From assembly GCA_964188305.1 (NCBI GenBank), contig OZ076894.1: 64,000 nucleotides of DNA. One strand, written 5' to 3'. Each line of letters opens with the position of its first letter. Positions within the stretch are counted from its first letter, which is position 1. The notes beneath the pieces were generated by a model. The model was not told where the DNA came from. It did no database searches and was given only the letters and a program-made list of their open reading frames with translations. Position numbers and translations under genes: made by a program. Below, piece after piece: positions 12,428 through 23,713 of this stretch. Source of the DNA: Podarcis bocagei (lineage: Eukaryota).

Positions 12428-14300
12428 GTTGGGGCACACGTCCGGGCTGTACACCGGGCTCTCGCAGTACGTGGACGGATCCAACGCCGCCGCCGCGCGC
12501 GCCCGCGCACGCCAAGCCTGCTCCAGACGAGCACCGCAGCGCCAGTGGGCAGCACCGGGCAGCACCACCACCCCCGGCGGGCAGGCAGGCGGGTGGGGGG
12601 AGGCGGCGGCAGCAGCAGCAGCCCGCTTCCTCGGGCGGCAAAGTTTGGCGGCCGGCTCCTTTCCTTGTTCACATTGGAGCTGCGCGCAGCCGCCGGAGAG
12701 GGCTTCAGTCCTTCATGGGGAAACTTCTCTCGCACTCGCGCAACTTGGCTTCCAGCGGGAAAGAAGCGATCGGCGGCCAAGGAGAAAACGGCGGCGATGA
12801 GGGAGAGCTTGCGCCCGGTGCCCAGAAGCAGAAATCCGCTCTCTTTCTCCCTCTTTCTCCTCTCTTTCTCTCTGGCACCGGCGCTTCTGGCCGCCTCCTT
12901 CCTCTGACAGGGAGGCGGCGGCGATGATCGCTTCTTGGAGGCCTGGTCCGAAGAAGCCACCGGAGTGGAAACCTATTGCTGCCGGGCGCCCCTGCTTCTT
13001 ATTTCTTTATTATTAAACGCAAGCCAGTGAAAGCGCGTTGTGATCATTTCTTCCCGCGGTTCGATTTTGTTTACAGGCGAATCTCTCTTTGGAAACGTAT
13101 CTTCTCTTGGAGCAGTGGCAAGGTTGGCGAGTTGAGCTTCTTTGCGCGCGCTGGTATGTGTGTGCGCGCGTGTGTGTGCGTGTGTGTGTGTAGTTTTCCG
13201 CTTTCCAGGATTTCGCCCCCCCTCACTCCTCCTGTTTTCCGCTTCCTTCCCCCTCCCACCTTTGGAATTGGATGCAGCCGCTCTGGTTACTTTCCTGCGC
13301 CTCTCCCGGCCTGGACGTCTGGAGGTCTCTGGGTTTGCGGAGAGTGTTGTTTAGTTTATGAATGGTCCGAAGGTCCTTCCGAACGGAGGCGGAGCTCCGG
13401 AATCCTACAATCGCGGGCCGAGCTGTCAGAGGGCCAGCCAATCGCATGGCCGGGCGGTGTGCACGTTCTGCTGCTGGGCCCGCCACTACTGCGTATTGTA
13501 TTGGGAGTGGGGCGGGGGAGAGAAGGGGAAGACGCTGGAGAGATGCTTGAGGCACATGCACAGATTGCGCGCACGCACACACATATGTGGCAAACAAACA
13601 TGAAGCTCCCTTTCCCTGGAAAGCCAGGGAGGAAGAGCCATAGCCCCTATAAGAACGATTCCATGCAGCAATTTGGCGGGAATTAAATATTGCCATGAAA
13701 CACACCACGGCAAGCGCTCTGGCAAGATCTTTGCGCCTTTTGCAGTGACGTTCAAGATCAAGGTGTACCTGCACGAACTGAAGCGCCGAGGGTGGTGCGT
13801 GCGGGTGTGTAAAATTCGCTTCCCCACACAGACTATCTCTAGTAACGTTGAAGTATTGGAGGGCAAGGGGGGGGAGTAAAATAAAAAAGGGGGAATGTTC
13901 AGTACTTCTGTGCAAGCATAAATCTTCTGTAGCTGCTCCGCAGACCCAACATTAGTGAAAGTGAGACAGTTATTGGAACGGAATAGTACACCTTGTTTTA
14001 CAACCCTAAATGAGGGTTCTACTTAAAAGTTATAAATCCTGCGCCATGCAGCTGGCCTGTTGTTGTGAGATCATATGTACCCGCTGTATAAAAGGTCTAA
14101 TATTCCATTTACTTGCGCGGGGAGGCAGGAAGAAACTCTGCATTTTGGAGAGTTTCGGCGTATACACAGTTCGGTGTTTACGAAAGTAACAGGAATCTTC
14201 CCTTCAGCCCCAGCGGATTTCGGCTGTTGAGATTTTGTGTGCACGCAATCGCGTATTTCTCTGTGTTAAGATAGACACCAGCCGCAGCTTAATCGTTTAC
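12428..14300 (-). promoter_or_regulatory. MAB21L2: MAB21L2 5' leader and CpG-island promoter region
   Basis: CpG-rich and directly upstream of the ATG on the - strand. CCAAT at ~13438 and ATTGG at ~13500, with a GC box (GGGCGG) at ~13510. The exact TSS cannot be determined from sequence. Confidence 0.6.
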
Positions 14301-16124
14301 ATTTAATTGGTAATTGCTGAAGTGTCAAATCTTCTCGATCCTCAGTATTTGTGCTGGGGAGGAAAACAGTAAAAACTGAAACAGCGGCCCTTTCCCTCCG
14401 AAATTTAAATATTCTTATAGATCTCTTACAGAATCTTAATAAGTAATCCGCTTCGCTAACAGTTTGCATTTCTTGAAGCCTTTTGCTTTAATTGTGTGAT
14501 GAGACGGGCTTTTGTTGGTTGTTTTTTTAACACGGACAAGTGCGCTTCTTTTCCCTTTTTAATCGTGTCTGTCATTCCGTTGTTGATTATGATGATGATG
14601 ATACATCTCGTGCGATGCTTCAAGTCAGCAATTATATTCCAGCCTCTGGGAAGCGAACTACGAACTCCGCTGCATATTGCTCTCATGACCAGAAAGAAGA
14701 CTATGGCGAGCCTCGCCTTATCTCTTCTCCTCGGTCCCCCCGCCCCGCCAACTCCCAGCCTTTCTAAATTGAATGTGATATTTGCCCACAGGGCTTCTGT
14801 GGATGTATTCCACGTGCCAGGGAATAGTCAAGTTCCCCGTAGGCTTGGAAAGGTCTTTAGAAGCTCAACAGTTGCTTGGAACAGGTGTGTCCCCCTTGCC
14901 TTCTCCTGTCCCGTCGGCCGGATCCTCCTCCTCTCCGAAACAGGCTCCATCCACGTTGCCTGCCAGATGCCTGCCTCGGGCGAGGAAAGAGAGCCGACCG
15001 AAGCAGATGAGGCTAGATATCTTGGAGGGAAGATGCCACTGCCGCTGAGGCGGTGGAAACAAGCCGTCGCGGGACAACGGTGGAGAGAAGCAAATCTAGG
15101 CAAGAAGAATTCCCTCTCCAATCAATGCCTCCCGTCGCAACCAGGAAGGCTGACGCTGCTTTGGAGGAAACAGTTTTCGGCTGCAACTCTGAAGGCACTT
15201 ACAAGGGAGTAAGCCCCATCGACTACCGGGCGGCTGACTTGAGTCAACTTGCTTTGGCCGGCTGCGGTCCTGCCACCTGGTCGCCCTGACCGTGATGGGG
15301 AAGGCTTACTTCCAAGCTCCAGGATTGTTTTCAGCATGCATGCTCCCATCCTAAACAATGTCCTTAACTTAGATGCTCGATTCTGAGAGATGTTAGGAGA
15401 TTGTTCGAGGTCGGAGCACCTGGGGAGGATAGAGGAGGACGTGACACGTGTGTGTGTGTGTCGCCTTCTGTTTGCTTCTCCGCGGAACTGGCGAGAGCGC
15501 AAGAAAGAGCCCAGTTGCCCAGAAACAATCAACTTCAAGGGCAGACGAGGCGATAGTGTCGCTGCTCAGTTTCGTCCTCGCCGTGGCGCCCAGTATTCTC
15601 AAAATTGCTCACGTATTTTGAGAACTGGACGTGGCGGTGGAGTTGCAGTCCTGGAGCAGCAATCGCACAACTGCACACCCCGCTCCATTTCTAGGTCTTC
15701 GTCGCTAGCCAGCCAGACTCCTGCTTGGCAACCACCTACTTCCCTGCTCCCTTGCTTGGCGGTGTCCCCTCTGGGGCCCGTTCACCTTGACGTCTGAGAA
15801 ACCCACGCCCATCCTTCTTCGCCCTCGACCGGCTGCCGAGACGCGCCCAGGGCGCGCGGAACCCCGACTTCGGCGAGTCAGCTTACAAAGCGACTCCCCT
15901 GGGTCAGGGCTGCCGCCCAGGTGACCCTAAAAAGAGAAAGAAAGGCTGCCTGCACGGACTGGGCAATTCCCTCGGTGAGCTGAGGGCTCCAGCCTGGCAC
16001 CAAGCGCCTTTTCTCTCCGTGGGCAGGTTTGTGGCCCGGAGGGAAGGCTCGGAGCTTCCTCACCTCCCTCCTCCTCCTCGTTTTGATTTCCCAAACAATT
16101 CGTTTACCATCTCTCTCTCTCTTT

Positions 16125-16125
16125 T

Positions 16126-16185
<60 letters not shown>

Positions 16186-16187
16186 TC
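16125..16187. repeat. (TTTC)n microsatellite
   Basis: Long perfect tttc tandem run. Confidence 0.95.
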
Positions 16188-18619
16188 CACTATTCCCCTC
16201 CACCACCACCCCACCAGACTGAGGTCGACGCTCTAGTAAATAATAAATCAGTTTGAAACAAAAGCCGCTTCGGATTTATGGCCCGGAGCGCTAATTAGAA
16301 ACATCATTTGAGCAATAAACTTAAACACTTTCTAGCAAATAACGCCGGCGAAAAAGCTTGCGCCTCGCCTTCTGCGGCTGCCTTGGCTGCTTGCGAGAGA
16401 GCAGCAGCAGCGTTCTCGTCTGTGGCGGAATTTGCTTTTCCCCCTTCTTCGAGGGGAAGGATGGGGGTGGGTGGGAAGAGAGGGATGAATAATTGAAAGC
16501 AAGTTGTTGTTATTTTTTTTCTGTTGGGGGGTGGGAGAAGCGGAAGATCCGAGGCGAGCCTGCCATAGAAGAGCCCCTGTCACTTCACCTTGGCTGTCTG
16601 GGAGTCAAGGAGTCCATCAGCAGCTCCTTGATGGGGTATTAAAGCGAAGTGGCAGCCCCTCCAGGAGCAGGAGATACTGTATTCTATTAAAAGGACCCAG
16701 AGAGAGAGAGTCAGAGAGACTGTCTGGGAGGGGAAGCTCTCAAGGCTAAAAGCCACTTGAAGGCTTCAGCCCGATTGATCTGTATTCTCCCGTTATAATC
16801 CGTCTCATCATACTTGAGTTAATGAGGCAGGGGAGGGGGGTGGGGTGATCTGATGGGCCTTGACAAATTCATTAGGGAGGCTGCGGGACATTTTATTTGA
16901 CTGTTAAACATCGTGTTTGTTTGGTTTAGGCAGTGCCAACATCAGCACGCCGCTGCCTGGAGCAAGGAAGAGCGAGGTTGTTAGCAGAGGGCTTCTCCAA
17001 AGGAGACTTTGCATGGGGAGAGTCTTGCTCTTTTCTTGGCTTGCCCCGCTGGCTCCCCTTGCCTTCTCCCAGGGATCCTTTTCCTCCCTTTTTTTTTGCG
17101 CTGCTGCTAAAACAGGTTAAGAATGGGTAGGTATAATCACTGGCATTTAATTGGCATGAATGAACTGCGAGGGAGAGCTTCCTTTTTTCTGTTCAGGGAG
17201 TGAGTGTGTGAGAGAGAGCTTGTGCATTTACAGGAAAACAGCTTAGTTTGAAAGTGGGTCGTTTTTACACATCTGGAATAAAGAAAATGGAAGATGGGGA
17301 ACTAGGGTGGTCTTTCTGTAGCTAGAGTAAACTGGAAATAGTTAAAACAAAACAAAAACGCAGAGCTTGACAGCCACTCAACTTTTTATTGGCTTTTAAT
17401 TTTATTTTTATGCAATTGCTTTGTGAGTCCTTCTGCTTAGACAAGCTAACATTTCTGTGGGCTATTTCTAAGGAACTTCTGGAAGAGGATTGACTTGAGA
17501 TCATGGACCTCTTTGGCACATTTTCTTGTCTGCTTTTGAATTTTCAAGAGTTTCAGACCCTCTGTAATCATGGATGATGAGACATGTCTTTTTGTGTGTG
17601 ACTGGGCTCTGCAATAAATAAATAAATAAATAAATAGAATGATTATTATGTATCTCTGGAAGCCCATAATTAATAAATGCCATCGGTTTACTTTAAATCC
17701 ATTTTAAGGACAACGGCGTGAAATGTATCCTACAGTCAACTTAATTTTTCAGTTCATCTTAAATTTTTCAGGCGATATTTTAACCAAGTTAGCTAAACAT
17801 TCTTTGTGGCAGAATTCTGTGCTTCCATTTATAGAAGAACAGTCTGGGAAAAGAACTAATGCCCTTTGCCTGTCATTTTCATACATTCCTGCTCTGCTGA
17901 TGAAGCTTGAACTGCTGCAGGGAATGTTTGAATTTGAAAAGAAATGATTCAGGAGTGGATGTTGTGTTCCTCAACAGCAAAAATAAGTCAATGGGTAAAG
18001 TAAATGCATCTGGAGGAATGACAGCTATAATCCTGTTTACATTTCCAGGATCTTTTCTTTATAAATTTGTGGGCGGATTTTTATTTTGCCTTTTTCTCTT
18101 CTGTTTGAGAGCTTAGTGTTGTAAATTGTCCTGTGGTGTGTACTTCCTTTATGTCTCGGAAGAAAGGGTTCCTTTTACTTAATTACTACAGAGCTTATAC
18201 ATTTTTAAAGAGCAATACTTGTATCTTAATTTTGTTTAGAAGGTTGAAAGGCACAAGAGTTAACTAACACATAAATGGCTATCTAGTGATTTACAAGGCT
18301 GTATTTGGTGTGTAAGTTTTTTCTCCTTCCTCCATCCACTTCAGCTACTGCTCCCCAAGACTGCCCTTTCCTCTTACTTCTTATTTTCTAGATGTATGTA
18401 AAGGTATACGTCAGAAAAGGGAAAGCTTCTTTGATCTTTTTGGGCAGTATCACAATTACTTTTATAATTCACTGTAATAGTTCCCAGTGTGTTCATTTAA
18501 CAACTTTATGATCTAAACCACTTTACTTGGAAGAGAGTTTTATTGAAATTAACAGAACTTGCATGGAACCATGGTTTGAATCTGTTCATGAATGCATTGA
18601 TGCATATGCATATATTTAT

Positions 18620-18830
18620 ATTTATTTGTTGCATTTATATCTCACCTTTTTCTCCAAGGAGCTTAAGGTGGTGTACATGGTTCTTCCTCTCCTCATTTAA
18701 TCCCCTCCCCGCCACAACCCTGTGAAGTAGGTTTGCTGAGAGGCAGTAACTAGCCCAAGGTCACTGAAGCGAGCGCTTCATAGCTGAGTGGGGATGTGAA
18801 CCCTGGTCTCCTGGGTCCTAGTCCCCCACT
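18620..18830 (-). mobile_element. Old tRNA-derived SINE (Squam3-like)
   Basis: Shares motifs with the 44451 copy (cacaac..tgtga..gtagg, gctgagag, gcccaaggtcac). Has a B-box-like gaaccc on the reverse strand and a (ttta) tail. Confidence 0.65.
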
Positions 18831-21800
18831 GTTACTGAAGTAGTTCAGAATATGAGAAGACTAACTATAGTTGTATGATCTGTATTGTTTTATTGGTCCT
18901 GTTGCTGCAGGTTTGTCATGTCCTTTGGCGAGAACAATAAACTTATACTGAAATAGGAACGATCCATTGCTGAGACAAGCAGCTACTAGAACCGAACACC
19001 ACAGCAGTAGTGGAACTTTAGTTGTATCAAAGGCAAATAAAAATGATTTTTTTTTTCTGCTGCTTTTAGAATGTTGCAATTGTACTAGAAAAAAGTTGAT
19101 TTTATTGATTATGGTGAGGTTATATATATCTATGCTTCATATTTATAGTTTATTGAATCATTCAAGGTGGCCCTCTGCAATTCAGCTAATCTGCAAAATC
19201 TAATTTTAAATTCCCTAATCTATTTGAACCAAATTGGGTTCCAGTTGCCCCCTTTCTATAGCATTGCCTGCTGTCAATTCATTGTATGCATTGGATATGT
19301 GGATTATGGATCTCCTGAGGTTTTCTGGTGACTTTATACAGCAGAAAATGTAGATGATATTTTACAAGCAATTGCAGTGACACATGTTGAACGTGCTGTT
19401 TGTAGTTTCAATATATTTTTAGTAAATTTGTCATGGCCTCATTTTGGCATTTTCCAACCATACTCTATGAGAATCCTATTTCCACAAGAAGGAAGGATAT
19501 GCAATCCTTGTGATTTGAGTTTTGGCATAGACAGTCTCAGCTGTAATAAGTAGCATTTATAGTAAGACACTTATTTAAACCCTAACTTTAAATCCTTTAT
19601 ATCCCTGGTTGAAGTTCAAGGTCATTTGTTTGTGAAGTGATATAAAACTGTGATGTCACTTTTGAAAAATACACTGTCTGTCAACCTCAGTTTTCTGGTT
19701 GCTGTTCCATAAAACCTCTTATAGCTTTAATATTTGCAAAGGAAACAATGAGTCAGTCAATGTAGATTGCAAGTATGTTTTTCTAACACTAAACATTGGA
19801 AATCATTTTCTAAGTTACCTTTCCTAAAGGTGATGGAACTACACAGTATCTTCTCTAAAATGTGATACAAAAATTATCCATTGTGAGAAACAAAGTTTAA
19901 TAAAAAATGGCGGATTAGGTGTTGAAGGCCCACTGAGTGATGAAAGAAGAATACCTGTTCGCATGAATAAAATACAGAAGCTGTATGTGCCAGTATAGCT
20001 GAAATAACATTTGGCGAACAAAGGATTGGTGGTAACTTTTCTCCCTCAACATTCTGAAACTAGGATGTAAAACAGCTGTCTCAGGCTATGTATGCACTGG
20101 TTATACCTGTCTGTTTCTTCTCTGTGTCTCTCATCCCCTGCCCCACACTCCAAATCTTCTTTTATTATCTTTGGATTCTATGGAGTCTTGTTTTCTAGCT
20201 GGCTTTGTCTACAGCAAAACGCTGGGTTGGTGTGTTTAAATCTGCCATGGATAGAGCAAAAAACCTTTTGATCTATGACTATGGCTGTTTCCAAATGATT
20301 TGCTTGCTGGGACTGGACACTGTCCATGCCCTTTCTCTTCCCTATCTGATAGGCACAAACAAAGGATGTGACATGCTACCAGATGCATAGTTAATCATCA
20401 CTTTAGGCCTGGAAAAGGGGGAGAAAGAAGGAAAGATGCACCCAGGCTCAATTAAATCTACTATTCTTGTATTTACTGTGCACTGCAATACATCACTGTG
20501 ATAAGCACTTTTTTATTTTAATGTGAAAGTCAAGCATATGCTTCACTTTCTCCTCCTTTGAAATCAGTAGAACTTAAGAAGCACTTAACTTTGGTGGACT
20601 CGCGCCTTCTGTGCTTATGAATGCGGGCCTGCAATCAATTAAATTCTGTAATATTACAGAAATTATATCAGAATTTGGTTATTGGTTTGTTAAATTCATA
20701 TCCTACTAAATGGTGAAACAGTCTAAAAACAAACAAACAAGTGGCACAATACGGACCGAAAAGCCACAGCTGCAATACACAGTAGATCATCCTTGCCTCC
20801 AAGCATGTTGCAGTTCACAGGAGAGGAACATAAATCACCAAAGGAGTGTACTGCAGGTTTCACCGTGGGCCATGATCTATCAAGCTGCAGTGGGGTGGGA
20901 AGGAGAATACAGGAGACTGATGAACTCAGCATTGCTACACATGTTTTGCTCTTTTCTAACACTAGGGCATGGTCCTAGAAATTCATATTCCTACTCAGTT
21001 GCCTTGGGATAATTTTTCTAGCACAGTCCTAAGATCTCTCCTTAATCTGCAGCTCCTCGCCTAGATTTGACTTTGTTCAATACTTTCATATTTTTTATTT
21101 TTGTACATACATGAGCACAGAGGTTCAATATGCTAGATAGCACAGAGGCTTCTTAACTTAGGAGGTGAGGCATTGAATAGCTGCCCCCTGGTATTATGGC
21201 AGATGGGGAAAAGGAGTAATCAGCACATGTTCTGCATCCAGATATATATATATCTGCTTCTTCCAACTCCTGATGTACTTAGGCACCTGATTGCCTTCTC
21301 AGTATGCCCTCTGTATGTCATTTGGATGATGAGAGGGCTTGGACTATGCCCAGTCTTTTCATGAAACCACTAGCATATTTGGGTACGGATTACAAACTTA
21401 GTTTATATTATTACTTTATTTACATATTCAGTAATACTCCTTTTTTTTTACTTCTGCTTCTTTAGCTTTCAAAGTTTATTGACATTCCAGTTCATAATGG
21501 TGGCTATTGGGTTAGATCAGCAAAGAAAAGCAAGATTTTTGGTAAAGACATTTCAGGCGCTCCATAAATAATTTCCTTAAAGTACATGGCTATTGGTATT
21601 GAGCAAAGTTGAGAACTGAACTGCCAAAAAACTACTCATAATGTTTGCAATGTGAAATAGTGCTACTATTTTTTAATTTAAATTTTCAGTAAAATTAAAC
21701 TGTAGATGGAAAAGTTTAAATATATTTACTGCCAGCATCTTTGAACATGCCAAAACATTTACGTGAACAACTACAGCTTCGATTACAAGATTCACTACTG

Positions 21801-22745
21801 ATACAAGTCTTTCAAGGAAAAATGGGTAATTAGGAGAACATCTCTTCATGTTCTAAGGCATTATACTTCTGAATACCAGTTCCTAGGCACAAACAGGTGA
21901 ATATTATAGCCTGCAAGAATCCTCTTGGTCATTGCAGGAAACAAAATTCTGGATTAGATGGGAGTTTTGTATCATCCTACAGGGTTTGTATTCTGACTAT
22001 GCAATTAGTGGGCAGGGCAGAGCTGGGTTCTTGCTTTGCTTTTACTAAATCATACTGTTTTTAATATGATCATAGATGATATGCTTTGTTTTTAATGAAT
22101 GAAGTCTTCCTAATTTGTTACTAATCCTGAGCTAAGAGAGTTATAGATCACATTTTTAAAAAGCATAAATATAGTATATACCATCTAGAGGCTAAAAAAA
22201 ATATAATTGTATTATTTGTAGTTCTGTTTGAATTAGGCATGTGTGCAGACCTATTCTGGTGTCCTGTCTCTGTTAATTTAGGAAACCAACCCCTCTCGAA
22301 CTCTGAACTGTACAGAATAGTTAAGCAATGAAAGTTGGAAGCCCATCATTAATGACCATTTATTATAGTTGTGCAATCTTGGGATAAGATTATTATGTAG
22401 TTTGTCAACTTCCAAAATGCAGACTTGGAAGAAAGGAACTTGAAGTAGTTAATACATTTGTGAATTTATGTTTTATCTCGCTTCACTTGAAAATTTATGA
22501 GGAGGGCAACTAAGGGTTGCTTAAGTTGTGTGTTCCAGGGCTTGCCCCCACTGATAACACCCTTGTTGGCGTGAAAGTGCAATGCAAATTATGACAGTTA
22601 CAACCTTCTGTTTTGTTTAACCTGTCACTGAATTTCCTGACTCAGTGCGGAGGGCAATGGTGTGTTCAGCTAGTCCATATTCACCTAAACTTAAAAGGTC
22701 AGGTTTCTACAGGCAAGCCTAGTCAGAGCTTAATTGATGAGGAGG

Positions 22746-23005
22746 NNNNNNNNNNNNNNNNNNNNNNNNNNNNNNNNNNNNNNNNNNNNNNNNNNNNNNN
22801 NNNNNNNNNNNNNNNNNNNNNNNNNNNNNNNNNNNNNNNNNNNNNNNNNNNNNNNNNNNNNNNNNNNNNNNNNNNNNNNNNNNNNNNNNNNNNNNNNNNN
22901 NNNNNNNNNNNNNNNNNNNNNNNNNNNNNNNNNNNNNNNNNNNNNNNNNNNNNNNNNNNNNNNNNNNNNNNNNNNNNNNNNNNNNNNNNNNNNNNNNNNN
23001 NNNNN
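22746..23005. other. Assembly gap (260 N)
   Basis: Run of N. Confidence 1.
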
Positions 23006-23619
23006 CTCATATTTCCTTCAACACTGACAGTATGCATCCAGAAGTGGTCAATAAATTGCCCAACCTTTTACTGACAAGTGACTTGGACAGGCTGGGGGTT
23101 GGGAACCAAAGAGCTAAACTTCTTCCCCTGAACTTGACGTGGAAGCCTAGGAGGAGGGAAGGAGAGGGAGAGGATCTTAGAGTCAGCACTTGCAGTTTAT
23201 TAGCCTAAATCCTTTATGGAGCAGATGTAATAACACTGGCAATGAATTCCAGTATCTCTCTGCAGATGACATTAATTTATCATGCCATTTTGTGCTTTAC
23301 AGAATATCAAACACTAAATGGGGAACAATAATTTAAATAGGTTGTTTTTCACATAACAATACAATATGCGGGAGTAGTTAGGGTTTTTTAAATAGAACCC
23401 CCCCAATATAATAACTATATATTGCATAAATGTTATGTTGTCCTATTATTTATTTGGCTGGTCACTGATAATAGTTATTTGCATTATTGTCCTTAGGACC
23501 TGATTTCAGAACACTGTACATAGTACAGTGTTTTAAATGTCTGTCACTGCATTCTTTAAATCCAATCTGTTAGGTGAGATCCCTGCCAAATAAATGTGCT
23601 TTGGTTCCTGTTATAAACT

Positions 23620-23713
23620 GAGGATGCAATCCTAAACACACTTCCTAGGGAATAAGCCATTTTGAATACAATAGTGAGACTTGCTTCTGGGGAAAAATGC
23701 ATAGGATTGCACT
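23620..23713. repeat. Short imperfect-palindromic interspersed repeat (tgcaatccta...taggattgca); related fragments near 1770-1830, 15195-15250 and 54765-54850
   Basis: Terminal inverted motif tgcaatccta/taggattgca and an internal taagcc...gacttg core that recurs in the window. Family not identified. Confidence 0.45.

Noticed and set aside
12485-12571. Longer 407-aa MAB21L2 start at GTG 12571 from the ORF track
   Set aside because: Sequence upstream of the TTG at 12484 is low-complexity GC with no coding-like periodicity. Only the proximal 19 codons look coding.
12601-12622. Short GGC/CAG triplet run in the MAB21L2 leader, reminiscent of the MAB21L1 5' UTR CAG repeat
   Set aside because: Only about four units, and it reads CTG on the mRNA strand. 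Common in GC-rich UTRs.
11432-12907. 491-aa + strand ORF antisense to MAB21L2
   Set aside because: It is in codon register with MAB21L2. Antisense stops require TTA, CTA or TCA sense codons, which the GC3 bias removes. It has no ATG start and no recognisable domain.
12976-15797. 230-238-aa ORFs upstream of MAB21L2
   Set aside because: They cross microsatellite and promoter sequence, mostly use non-ATG starts, and show no protein family resemblance.
22613-23074. ORFs spanning N runs (also 53415-53660)
   Set aside because: Artefacts of assembly gaps.
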